This document shows, piece by piece, positions 7,273-17,247 of a stretch of DNA of 64,000 nucleotides (positions are counted from its first letter, which is position 1; each line of letters begins with the position of its first letter). The stretch spans positions 27,234 to 91,233 of IMG/VR virus record IMGVR_UViG_3300025372_000014. The stretch is one strand, 5' to 3'. Origin of the DNA: a virus. Taxonomy: Duplodnaviria > Caudoviricetes. A program made the translations under genes and the position numbers. The notes below the pieces were generated by a model, which had not been told where the DNA came from, did not search any database, and saw only the letters and a program-made list of their open reading frames with translations.

Positions 7273-7971
7273 GTGACAAATCAAACCAGACCAACTTTCG
7301 AACAGTCTATTGATATTATAGATGAAGAAATTAGCAAGCGCAAATCGCGCTGGCATCTTACCGCTATATCTTGGATGGACTTTCAAGATGTATCTCAGCG
7401 TTTACGCATACATATATATAAAAAATGGGATAAGTGGGACAATATACGACCATTAAGGCCGTGGTTAAATCAAGTGATTAATCATCAGATTACTAATATG
7501 CTACGTAATCATTACTCTAACTTTTCCAGACCATGCTTGAAATGTAAGTTTAATACTGGTGAATATGGGTGTTCAGTATATGGAACACAGAACAATGGAT
7601 GTTCAACATATGCAAAATGGGAAAAAACAAAAAAGTCTGCTTATGACATTAAGTTCCCAGTAAGTATAAATAGCCCCAATTCTCAAAATCCAGAAACAAC
7701 ACTTGAATCAGTATTACAGTCAAAAGAGATAGATATTAATATTGAAGATACTATACCAGCTTTTAATGATCTAATGAGAAAGAATTTATCGGTAATAGAA
7801 TGGAGAGTTTATGAGTACATGTTCCTGCAAAATTTTGATGAAGCAGATGTTGCAAAAAAAATGGGATATAAACTCAGTTATAAGGATGGCCGACCTGCCT
7901 ATAGACAGATAAGCAAAATAAAATCTAAAATTTTACAAAAAGCAAGATTACTAGCTAAAGAAGTAGTATGA
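7273..7971 (+). CDS. phage sigma70/ECF-like sigma factor with a 4-Cys insertion
   Basis: region-2-like DFQDVSQRLRIHIYKKWDKWD..RPLRPWLNQVINHQITNMLR; region-4 HTH LSVIEWRVYEYMFLQNFDEADVAKKMG. Confidence 0.75.
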   Translation: MTNQTRPTFEQSIDIIDEEISKRKSRWHLTAISWMDFQDVSQRLRIHIYKKWDKWDNIRPLRPWLNQVINHQITNMLRNHYSNFSRPCLKCKFNTGEYGCSVYGTQNNGCSTYAKWEKTKKSAYDIKFPVSINSPNSQNPETTLESVLQSKEIDINIEDTIPAFNDLMRKNLSVIEWRVYEYMFLQNFDEADVAKKMGYKLSYKDGRPAYRQISKIKSKILQKARLLAKEVV

Positions 7972-9107
7972 ACAAAGAAACAGAAAAAGCAGAGGCTGTT
8001 CTTTATGAAGAGCAGCAGCAAAGAATTCGTGATTGTATAGCATTAAATCCTGATGCTACGCTTACAGAGATTACTTCGTATGCGTATAATGATGAGAAGA
8101 TAGATAGCAGAAGCAAAGAGGGTAGACTAGTAAAGCAGTTTCTACTAGATAATAAAATCGAGTATAAGAACAAGAGCGTTACCCAGAGAGAGAGAATTAC
8201 TCTAACAGATGAGCAAAAAGAGTTTATAAAGAATAACTATAAGGGGCAAAACTATGTTGACCTAGCCAAAACGTTATTTCAAAATGATAGACTAACACAT
8301 GTTACCTTGGAATGTAGAGAAGTAAATAACTATATACAGGAGTTAATAAAGAATGACCCTAATACGCCAAAAGACCAGTTAGACAATACAGTTTATGTAC
8401 CGACTGAGCGTGGCGAGGACTCTACATCCACAACTTATTTTCCCCCAAGGAGAACTGACCAGACAGTATTCAGAATTAATAAATACTTAAATATAGGATG
8501 GTCTGCTGATACACTGAAGGCTTCTCAACAGAAAATGGTTGATATGCTTCAGAGGTATTTGAATACTTTCAGCTTTTGTTATCAGATAAATACTTATAAA
8601 ACCAATAATGACAGACAGTTATTTGAGGACTCATTTATTCGTTATACTTATGACAAGCCAGACCTAAGTCAAGAAGAGCTTGACCAGTTTATTGTTCTTT
8701 GTACTGAGGTAGTAACTGCCGCAACTATCCTACAACAAGTTGAGGATTTAAGAGACATGCTACGTAATAGCACAAGTGACGGAGAGGGTAGAAATATTAA
8801 GATGCAGCTGAATGAAGCTATTAGTAATTTACAGACCGAGTATAACCAGTGCCGCGCTAGACAGCAGAAACTTTATAAATCACTAGTTGATGACCGCTCA
8901 AAAAGAATTGCGCAAAGACAGGATGAGAATGCAACTATTCTTAACTTAGTTCAAGCTTGGAAAGACGAAGAAAGGCGTAAGGGTATTATCATATTGGCCG
9001 AAGCCCAAAAAAAGAACTTACACGAAGAGGCTAAGAAACTATCCTCAATGGACGAGCTTAAGGCGGTTATTCGCGGGATTAATGTAGACGAGATGGTTCA
9101 TGGTTAA
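7968..9107 (+). CDS. hypothetical HTH/coiled-coil protein, candidate terminase small subunit
   Basis: two genes upstream of TerL; helical N-terminus, coiled-coil C-terminus. Confidence 0.4.
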   Translation: MNKETEKAEAVLYEEQQQRIRDCIALNPDATLTEITSYAYNDEKIDSRSKEGRLVKQFLLDNKIEYKNKSVTQRERITLTDEQKEFIKNNYKGQNYVDLAKTLFQNDRLTHVTLECREVNNYIQELIKNDPNTPKDQLDNTVYVPTERGEDSTSTTYFPPRRTDQTVFRINKYLNIGWSADTLKASQQKMVDMLQRYLNTFSFCYQINTYKTNNDRQLFEDSFIRYTYDKPDLSQEELDQFIVLCTEVVTAATILQQVEDLRDMLRNSTSDGEGRNIKMQLNEAISNLQTEYNQCRARQQKLYKSLVDDRSKRIAQRQDENATILNLVQAWKDEERRKGIIILAEAQKKNLHEEAKKLSSMDELKAVIRGINVDEMVHG

Positions 9108-9110
9108 TAT

Positions 9111-10055
9111 ATGCAAGAATATGATAAATATTTAAGATGTAAGATTTGCCGTTCGCAGTTTAACTCGCAGCAGCAAATATTGAGTCATATAAAATCGCAC
9201 CAACAGGCGGCTGAAAAGTATTTCGTACAAAACTTTAATAAAAAAGATCTTCATACTGGAGACCTGATAAAATATAAATCAATAGAACAATACTTTCTTA
9301 CTGACTTTATAGATAAACGTAATATGAAGCTATGGCTTCAGTCAGTAGATAAGCAAACTGCTTGTGAATATTTAAAAAATAAACTTAAAACATATTGCTG
9401 GGTTAAGAGATTAGAAATTGCACCATCGCAGGCCGAACTAAAAACTATAGCCTGCTTACCAAAGGCTGATACGTTTATTTATTGCTGCGAGCAGAGCTTT
9501 GATAAAATATGTGAATCACTCGAATTAAAAAGCAATTTTAATTATAATACTAAACATACTCAAGATAGTTTTAGCAAATATACACATACGGATATTGTTA
9601 TTGATACTAGAGAGCAACAACCACTAAAGTTTAAGGGGCTAAATGTTATTTCTTCAAAGCTTGAATGTGGCGACTATGCCAAGTCGATAGATAGTAAGGT
9701 TGTTGTAGAGCGTAAGAGCTTGGGCGACTTCTATTCTACCTTGAGTACAGGATTTGAAAGATTTAAAAGAGAAATAGAAAGGGCCGCACAAGCAGATACG
9801 TATATAGTTGTAGTTACCGAGTGTCAATTAAAAACAGTACTATATGCAAAGCGTAAATTTGGATTATGCTCTGGAGAATATATAATGCACCATATGAGAC
9901 AACTATGCAGAGAATACGATAATATACAATTTGTATTTGCAGATGGTAAGGCTGAAGCGGCTAAAAAAACTTTATTTATACTAGAAATGAACGATCTTGT
10001 TAGAACCACTGATTTGGAATATTTATTTGAACAGGAGGGATTCTCATGGCTTTAA
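9111..10055 (+). CDS. C2H2 zinc finger plus ERCC4/XPF-family nuclease
   Basis: CKIC...HIKSH; VIDTREQQP, GDY, VERKSLGDF. Confidence 0.85.
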   Translation: MQEYDKYLRCKICRSQFNSQQQILSHIKSHQQAAEKYFVQNFNKKDLHTGDLIKYKSIEQYFLTDFIDKRNMKLWLQSVDKQTACEYLKNKLKTYCWVKRLEIAPSQAELKTIACLPKADTFIYCCEQSFDKICESLELKSNFNYNTKHTQDSFSKYTHTDIVIDTREQQPLKFKGLNVISSKLECGDYAKSIDSKVVVERKSLGDFYSTLSTGFERFKREIERAAQADTYIVVVTECQLKTVLYAKRKFGLCSGEYIMHHMRQLCREYDNIQFVFADGKAEAAKKTLFILEMNDLVRTTDLEYLFEQEGFSWL

Positions 10056-11947
10056 TAGTAGGGGTGCAAAATAGCAAGAACATCGTTGATGTTAATAAAG
10101 AGTTATTAGAACTTAAGGGCGAACTTTCTGATGCAGAGGCAAGAGTCAGCTTGGCAAAATTCTTAAGACATAACTTAGGATTTGCAACTGAACTTGGATT
10201 AGGTGTGACATTAGAATCATATCAAGAATTGACTATTAAGTCATTCTTTAATCGCAACTATTGTATGTTAGTATGGGGCCGTGGTTGCGCAAAGAGCTTT
10301 TGTGCGGCAATTTATTGTATATTGAAATGTATATTCGAGCCGGGTACTAAAATACTTATTGCGTCTATTAACTTTCGTACTGCGCGAAGAATGTTTAATG
10401 AAATTGAAAAGTTCCTAGCCAGTCCAGAGGCGGGATTGTTTAGACAATGCTTTGGTGACAAAATGAAGCGTAATGACCAGTATGAATGGTTGATTAATGG
10501 CGGTAGTATAACTGCCATTCCGTTAACTGGAGAAAAGATTCGTGGTATTCGTGCTAACGTTCTTATTCTTGATGAGTTCTTGCTATTGCCTCCAGATATT
10601 ATTGATAATGTTTTAATGCCATTCTTGAGTTCGCCTAGAGATGTTAGTGACCGTATTAGAACCCGAAGACTGGAAGAAGAACTAATTAAAAAGGGAATGT
10701 TACACCCTGATGATAGACAGATATTTGAAAATACTTCTCAGATGCTAGCACTAAGTTCGGCCAGTTATACCTTTGAGCACTTGTTTCAAGTTCACCAGCA
10801 ATGGGCGCACTTAATTGAGCATCCAGAGGATCAGGAATCAAAAGAGGGAGAGCTACCCGGAACTTACTTTATTTCACAGCTTGGATATGAGGCATTACCA
10901 AACCACATGGTAGATCAGGCAGCAATTCAGTTAGCAAAAAATGGCGGAAGCTCGCATAACTCGTTCCTTCGTGAGTATGCGGCAAGATTCATTGATGGTG
11001 GCGATAGCTATTTCTCGCCAAAAAAGATGCACTTATGTACTATTCCAGATGGTGAGTACCCTACAACAAAAATAGTAGGAGAAGAAGGCAAGAAATACGT
11101 ATTAGCAGTTGACCCTAACTTCTCATCTTCTCGTAGTGCTGACTATTTTGCCATGAGTGTTATCGAGCTTGACGAAGAAAAGAAACAAGGCGTTCTGGTT
11201 CATGGTTACCAAGTTGCAGGTGCGTCCCTACAGGATCATATTAAGTATATGTATTATATATTTAAGAATTTTAATATAGCTTTTATGATTATTGACCATG
11301 CTGGTGCCGATACTTTCATGGATGCTGTTAATAACTCCGAGTTCTTCAAGGGAATGAATAAAAAGATTGGCTTTATTGATTTTGATTCAGATAAGGAAAA
11401 CGAGGACTACATGAATATGTTGAAAGAGTGCGCTAAGCAGTATAATACAGATTTAGGTACTATTTGTATTAAGCAGTATTTCACCTCTGCATTCTTGGGT
11501 AGAGCTAACTCATATTTACAGACCTGTATTGACCATAAAAAGATTTGGTTTGCGTCTAGGGCTAGTAACCATCCAGACATTCTTGAGAATATGTTTACTA
11601 TGAATCTCCCTATGGATTATGTTTACCCTAAAGGTATCGGTGATCGGGCAGATAATGAGTATGAAACCAAAAAGCTTACTGTTCGTGACTTTATCGAACA
11701 ACAGGATTTTATTATTAAAGATACTAAAGACCAGTGCGCCAACGTTGAGGTCACTAGTACGTCCAGAGGAACGCAGAGCTTTGACTTGCCTTCTCACCTA
11801 AGAAAATCTACTAGCGTAAACCGCGCCAGAAAGGATAATTATACAACTTTAATGTTGGGAAACTGGGCAGTTAAATGTTATTTTGATATTATGGCTCCAG
11901 ATAATTTTAAGAAAAAAAACACAGAATTTGTTGCCGTGTTGATTTAA
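10046..11947 (+). CDS. terL: terminase large subunit
   Basis: YQ motif, Walker A GRGCAKS, IRG, Walker B LILDE, LSS coupling motif, RNase H-like LAVDP and KDNYTTL. Confidence 0.9.
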   Translation: MALIVGVQNSKNIVDVNKELLELKGELSDAEARVSLAKFLRHNLGFATELGLGVTLESYQELTIKSFFNRNYCMLVWGRGCAKSFCAAIYCILKCIFEPGTKILIASINFRTARRMFNEIEKFLASPEAGLFRQCFGDKMKRNDQYEWLINGGSITAIPLTGEKIRGIRANVLILDEFLLLPPDIIDNVLMPFLSSPRDVSDRIRTRRLEEELIKKGMLHPDDRQIFENTSQMLALSSASYTFEHLFQVHQQWAHLIEHPEDQESKEGELPGTYFISQLGYEALPNHMVDQAAIQLAKNGGSSHNSFLREYAARFIDGGDSYFSPKKMHLCTIPDGEYPTTKIVGEEGKKYVLAVDPNFSSSRSADYFAMSVIELDEEKKQGVLVHGYQVAGASLQDHIKYMYYIFKNFNIAFMIIDHAGADTFMDAVNNSEFFKGMNKKIGFIDFDSDKENEDYMNMLKECAKQYNTDLGTICIKQYFTSAFLGRANSYLQTCIDHKKIWFASRASNHPDILENMFTMNLPMDYVYPKGIGDRADNEYETKKLTVRDFIEQQDFIIKDTKDQCANVEVTSTSRGTQSFDLPSHLRKSTSVNRARKDNYTTLMLGNWAVKCYFDIMAPDNFKKKNTEFVAVLI

Positions 11948-11983
11948 AACAGATTTAAGTGTAATTAACATTTATAATATCAT

Positions 11984-14038
11984 ATGACACAAAAAGGTAA
12001 AAGTCAGGAGGCTTCAGAGATAAAGGCAAAGGTAACCAAGGAAAAAAAGAAAAAAAATACTTCTTTTGTTTCACCTAGTCTTATCGAGGGGTCTGTTAAA
12101 TTAGATTCGCAGTCTGAGGTTGTTGCTGCTGGATATGGTGATATGGGCGGAGCTAATTCATATGATGATGACTCGCTTGACTATGGGGGGTATGGCGCCC
12201 CTGCGCGCAGAAACAGAACTGCCACTATAACCCGATCTGAAAGATACTCAAATATTGAGGGCGGTGTAGTTCCTTTTATTTATAGTGCATCTAGAGGTAA
12301 ATATACTTCAAATATATCAATTAGAGATGCTATTATTCTTTGCCAAAAATGTTATTACAATTTTTCAGTGTTTCGTAATACAATTGATCTAATGACCGAG
12401 TTTAGTTGCTCTCCAATTTACTTTACTGGTGGAAATGCGCAGTCCAGAAAGTTTTTCGAGGCATGGGCTAATAGAGTAAATCTTTGGAGATTACAAGATG
12501 AGTTTTATCGTGAATACTACAGAAGTGGGAATGTTTTTGTTTACAAGCTAAATGCAATCTTTAAAAGGGAGGATATGGCTGCAATTACTGACGTTGTAAC
12601 TGCTGCTGGTAATAGGGAGGTTCCAATTAGATATATTATATTAAACCCAGCTGATATTCAGTCTATTGGCTCTGCCTCTTTTATATCTCCTCGTTACGTT
12701 AAAGTTCTCAATGACTTTGAAATGCAGGTTTTAACCAATCCAAAAACCGATGAAGAAAAAGATCTTGCAAAAAGAATACAAGAGTTTGGTCAGCTACAAG
12801 AAACTGTAAAAACTGCCCAATCACAGACATATTTAGTTTTCTATTTAGATCCAGATCGCGTGAAGGCTATTTTCTATAAAAAACAACCATATGAACCATT
12901 TGGTGTTCCTATGGGCTTTCCTGTTCTTCAGGACATTAACTGGAAGCAAGAACTAAAAAATATTGATATGGCAATTAGCCGTACAGTTCAACAAGCTATC
13001 CTATTAGTAACCATGGGTAATGACGAGGTTGGAATGCCAACCGCCAAACAAATTACTAATTTAAGAAACATTTTTCAAAATGAGAGTGTTGGCCGTATTC
13101 TTGTTACTGATTATACAACCCAAGCCAAATTTGTTATCCCTGAAATTGATAAGATTCTTGATCCCAAAAAATATCAAATTGTTAATGAAGATATCAAAAA
13201 TGGCTTGAATAATATACTTGTGGGAGATGAAAAATATGCTAATTCTTCTACTAAAGTTGAAATGTTTTTAGCCAGATTAAAGCATGCAAGGGAGGTCTTC
13301 TTTAATGATTTTCTACTGCCAGAAATGAAGTATATTGGTGAGCAATTAGGTTTTAAATCAATTCCTCAGCCGAGATTTAAACAGGCGGACTTCAGAGATG
13401 ATCCTAACCTGTCTAGAATTTATTCCAGACTATTGGAAATTGGTGTACTTACCCCAGAAGAGGGGATTACTGCGCTTGAGACTGGAAGATTACCACTGCC
13501 AGAGGAAAGCATTGAAAACCAGAAGAAGCTTCATGAGTACCATAATGAAGGTTTATATCAACCGCTACTAAATAATCCTAATCTAGTTGTACCTCCCACA
13601 GGAGATGAAAAAGATAAGCAGGGTAAACCAGCGCAACAAAAAACTGCTGGCGGTGGCGGAATGACAGGAAGACCACCGGGCGGTGGGACACCTAAATCTA
13701 TTAATAACGTTGGAAAAATTGGAAGGAAAATTAGCGCACAAGATGTTGCTAATAATATGGCAAGGTTTGACCTATTAGAGGGCAGTATTGAAAACTATCT
13801 AAAGGAAAAATTCAAAAAGAAAAAGCTTGGTAAAGAGCAGAAAGAAATAGTTAAAGAAATAGCTGAAACTATTGCCATTAATGAGCAGCCAGATAAATGG
13901 CTGGAAAGCATAGCAACATATGTTACCCAGCCCGTACAGCTTAGTGAAAAATTAAGCGAAGTACAGGAAATTTCCGAGCAACATGGCGTTGATACTAAAA
14001 CAGCAATACTATTAATGCACAGTCAGATTAACAATTAA
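11984..14038 (+). CDS. portal protein
   Basis: follows TerL; IDLMTEF, YYRSGNVF, GVPMGFPVL; low-complexity GRP-containing tail. Confidence 0.8.
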   Translation: MTQKGKSQEASEIKAKVTKEKKKKNTSFVSPSLIEGSVKLDSQSEVVAAGYGDMGGANSYDDDSLDYGGYGAPARRNRTATITRSERYSNIEGGVVPFIYSASRGKYTSNISIRDAIILCQKCYYNFSVFRNTIDLMTEFSCSPIYFTGGNAQSRKFFEAWANRVNLWRLQDEFYREYYRSGNVFVYKLNAIFKREDMAAITDVVTAAGNREVPIRYIILNPADIQSIGSASFISPRYVKVLNDFEMQVLTNPKTDEEKDLAKRIQEFGQLQETVKTAQSQTYLVFYLDPDRVKAIFYKKQPYEPFGVPMGFPVLQDINWKQELKNIDMAISRTVQQAILLVTMGNDEVGMPTAKQITNLRNIFQNESVGRILVTDYTTQAKFVIPEIDKILDPKKYQIVNEDIKNGLNNILVGDEKYANSSTKVEMFLARLKHAREVFFNDFLLPEMKYIGEQLGFKSIPQPRFKQADFRDDPNLSRIYSRLLEIGVLTPEEGITALETGRLPLPEESIENQKKLHEYHNEGLYQPLLNNPNLVVPPTGDEKDKQGKPAQQKTAGGGGMTGRPPGGGTPKSINNVGKIGRKISAQDVANNMARFDLLEGSIENYLKEKFKKKKLGKEQKEIVKEIAETIAINEQPDKWLESIATYVTQPVQLSEKLSEVQEISEQHGVDTKTAILLMHSQINN

Positions 14039-14048
14039 ATAAAATAAT

Positions 14049-16871
14049 ATGGCAATTAGTCTTATAAGAAAAACACAATTAGCGCCAGATATAGCAGATT
14101 TGATTGCTCAGTATGGTAGTGGTTATTTTCTACCAATTAGTGTTAGCGGACAATTAACGCAGTTTATTGAAGGCGTGGTGAGCCAGCTTTCTGGAGTTAC
14201 TACTCTTGATGGCCTGCAGGGTATATTAAATTTAACAGGAGTTAGTGGTGTGCAGGTTAGTATTTCTGGAGATAACCAGTCATTAATTATAAGTTACACT
14301 GGAACACCTATATTGCCAAACTCTTTATATACTACCGGTGACCAAAATATTAGTGGGAGTAAAAATTTTGTTGGTCAGCTTTTAATTAGTGGTAATCCTG
14401 TATTAACTGGTACTGACTTATCTGCATATATAACTACCGCACAAACTGGTTCTTTTTATTCTTCTAATAATCCCAGCGGTTTTATTACTGGTGTTAACCT
14501 TTCTGCCTATGCTCTGGCACAAAATTTAGTTTTAACTGGTTCTGGACTATCTTCTTCTATAGCTTCTTTAAGTGGTGCTTTAACTGGTAATTATTTACTA
14601 GTGTCACAAACAGGAAATTTTTACCCTATAAGCGGTAATCCTAGTGGTTTTATAAACTCTTCTCAAACTGGTGCGTTCTACCCCAGAAGCGGTAACCCAA
14701 GTGGATTTATTACCTCGTCACAGACTGGTGCTTTTTATCCTAGAACGGGTAACCCTAGTGGCTTCTTGCTTTCCTCTCAAACTGGGGCATTCTACCCTAG
14801 AAGCGGCAATCCTAGTGGGTTTATATTACCATCCCAAACTGGAGCTTTCTATCCTAGAAATGATAACCCTAGTGGTTTTATTACTAGTGGTCAAACCGGA
14901 GTATTTTATACAGCAGATAACCCGAGCGGATTTATTCGAAGCGTAAATCTTTCGCCATATGCAACTACAGGATTCGTTACGAGTGGTTTTGTAAGTAAAA
15001 GCTCCACTGGTATATTTTTGACTAGTGGTAATTCCTATCCAAGTAATAATCCTAGTGGGTTTGTTACAACCGGACAGATGACAGGTTTTGCATTAAAAAG
15101 TCAGACAGGTAATTTTATAACAACCTCTCAAACTGGAATATTTTATACTACTGACAATCCTAGTAATTTTGTTACTGCTTCTCAAACGGGTGCTTTCTAT
15201 GCAGCCAGTAACCCAAATGGTTTTATAACAAGTAATGTTAATGGTAATCTTTATGTAAATGGAACTGGTACATTTGGTGGTATACAGATAACAGGAACAA
15301 GATCGTTAACTTTTAGTGGTGCAGATATTACTGTAGGATCAGGAAATCAGTATATAAATAGCGGCGAATTATTCTTGAATGGATATGCCGTATATGGCGG
15401 CGGACTATCTGGAGTATATTACCCATCAAATAACCCTAGCGGCTATATTACTGGTGTCAATCTTAGCGCATATACTCTAAATGCAAATACAGGATCGTTT
15501 ATAACAACGGCGCAAACTGGTGCTTTCTATGCCGCTAATAATCCGAGCGGCTATATTACTGGTGTCAATCTTAGCGCATATACTCTAAATGCAAATACAG
15601 GATCGTTTATAACAACGGCGCAAACTGGCGGTTTCTATGCGGCTAATAACCCTAGCGGCTATATTACTGGTGGTAGTATTTCAAACTATACTATTACTGG
15701 TGGCGACCTAACTGGTAATTTACTGTCTCCAGCTATATATAAGATTCAAGGTAATCCATTAAGCGCGCAAGCACCGAGTAATGGTCAGACATTACAATGG
15801 AATGGTTCAGCTTGGGTACCGGGTGCGGTTGCAGCTGGTGGGAATGGTGGCGGTGGGTTGGTTTATTATTTTGATTTTGGTAATAGCAGCGGCATATCTC
15901 CATCTGGCGGATTACCAGCTACCGGATTAACTCCTGTTTCTTTACTAGGAACTCAGTATGGCGTGGGTAGTGGAAGTTTTACGAGTCCAGACCTTGCTCC
16001 ACAGGGTAAAGATATATTAGTTGCTAGTTTTGTAACTGCTAGTGGAAATCCCGGTGTTACAAATATTCCCGCTGGACTTTGGGACTTTAATATCTGGGCG
16101 GACACAAGTAGTACAAGTGCTACACAAACTGCAATGAAGGTAGTGGTTAATATATATAATCCAGTTACTTCTGGCTATAGAATACTTGGATCAAGCGATG
16201 AGATTTACCTATACGATACTACTACGACGGCTCAGTATATATTAAATGTAACAGTACCACAAACTGGTATCGCATCAAACGAACGAATTTATATTCAACT
16301 ATTTGCTTCTAAATATACAAACCCATCTAGAACAATAACTTTTTATTTTGATAGTTATCGTCCATCTCACGTTCATACCACGCTACCATCGGTAGCTGGA
16401 AACGGAGTGGTTAAAGTTATTAATGGAATAATGCAATCTCCTGCTACTGGAATTTTTGATAGCGATGTCGACGCTAACGCCGCCATTCAGCAGGGTAAAA
16501 TTTTAGGATTAACATCCTCACTATCTGCTCTATATCCAAATACAAATCCAAGTGGTTACGTGCCTTCTTCTGGTGCATCTTTTATTACCTTACCAACTGT
16601 AAATGGTACGGGAGTTTTATTGAGCGGACAGGCGGCGGCACTTCCAAGTGGAATCCTTTATAATACTGGTGATCAGAATATATCGGGTTTAAAAACTTTT
16701 AGTAATGCGCTTACGTTATCTAGTAATATAACTGTCAGTGGTACTGGTGTGATGAATGGTGGCAATATTATTACAGGAAATTCTAGTGTGACTTCAATAA
16801 TAACACTAAGTCAGGCGCAATTTAATGGTATAGTTCCAAACGCTAACACGGTATACTTAATCGTAGGATAA
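14049..16871 (+). CDS. fibre-like virion protein with NPSG repeats
   Basis: many QTGxFY..NPSG(F/Y)IT repeats, GDQNISGxKxF twice, APSNGQTLQWNGSAWVP, C-terminal TLSQAQFNGIVPNANTVYLIVG. Confidence 0.7.
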   Translation: MAISLIRKTQLAPDIADLIAQYGSGYFLPISVSGQLTQFIEGVVSQLSGVTTLDGLQGILNLTGVSGVQVSISGDNQSLIISYTGTPILPNSLYTTGDQNISGSKNFVGQLLISGNPVLTGTDLSAYITTAQTGSFYSSNNPSGFITGVNLSAYALAQNLVLTGSGLSSSIASLSGALTGNYLLVSQTGNFYPISGNPSGFINSSQTGAFYPRSGNPSGFITSSQTGAFYPRTGNPSGFLLSSQTGAFYPRSGNPSGFILPSQTGAFYPRNDNPSGFITSGQTGVFYTADNPSGFIRSVNLSPYATTGFVTSGFVSKSSTGIFLTSGNSYPSNNPSGFVTTGQMTGFALKSQTGNFITTSQTGIFYTTDNPSNFVTASQTGAFYAASNPNGFITSNVNGNLYVNGTGTFGGIQITGTRSLTFSGADITVGSGNQYINSGELFLNGYAVYGGGLSGVYYPSNNPSGYITGVNLSAYTLNANTGSFITTAQTGAFYAANNPSGYITGVNLSAYTLNANTGSFITTAQTGGFYAANNPSGYITGGSISNYTITGGDLTGNLLSPAIYKIQGNPLSAQAPSNGQTLQWNGSAWVPGAVAAGGNGGGGLVYYFDFGNSSGISPSGGLPATGLTPVSLLGTQYGVGSGSFTSPDLAPQGKDILVASFVTASGNPGVTNIPAGLWDFNIWADTSSTSATQTAMKVVVNIYNPVTSGYRILGSSDEIYLYDTTTTAQYILNVTVPQTGIASNERIYIQLFASKYTNPSRTITFYFDSYRPSHVHTTLPSVAGNGVVKVINGIMQSPATGIFDSDVDANAAIQQGKILGLTSSLSALYPNTNPSGYVPSSGASFITLPTVNGTGVLLSGQAAALPSGILYNTGDQNISGLKTFSNALTLSSNITVSGTGVMNGGNIITGNSSVTSIITLSQAQFNGIVPNANTVYLIVG
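14607..14940 (+). repeat. 57-bp (19-aa) tandem repeat, ~6 copies
   Basis: QTG codons at 14607, 14664, 14721, 14778, 14835, 14892. Confidence 0.9.
15429..15672 (+). repeat. 108-bp (36-aa) near-identical tandem duplication, ~2.2 copies
   Basis: AGCGGCTATATTACTGG at 15438, 15546, 15654. Confidence 0.9.
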
Positions 16872-17137
16872 TGATATCAAGCGCAATTAACTCAGTATTT
16901 GTTGGATCTGCCACTGGATCTGCTATATATTATGGTGCCAATTTGGTTTGGCCGCCACCAAGTAATAGTGGTACAATATGGTCGGGTTTTACTGGAGATT
17001 CATGTGTTACGTTTACAATTAGTGCATACAATAAACTAAACGATAGTGCTATAATATGGAATGACGGGTCTTCATCTCAAATTACTTCTGCGAACAGTAC
17101 TTCATATCCACATAACTATGGTACTGGAATATGCTAG
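16871..17137 (+). CDS. small fibre-associated protein
   Basis: AIYYGANLVWP motif; TAATG overlap with the fibre gene. Confidence 0.55.
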   Translation: MISSAINSVFVGSATGSAIYYGANLVWPPPSNSGTIWSGFTGDSCVTFTISAYNKLNDSAIIWNDGSSSQITSANSTSYPHNYGTGIC

Positions 17138-17247
17138 TATAATGTGATACTTTGAATAGTTAATTTACTTTATTTTAAAATAATTCAGAAATTGCCAAAG
17201 CTGTGTAATTTATAGTATCGACGGCATAAGGAAAATAAAATTAATAT

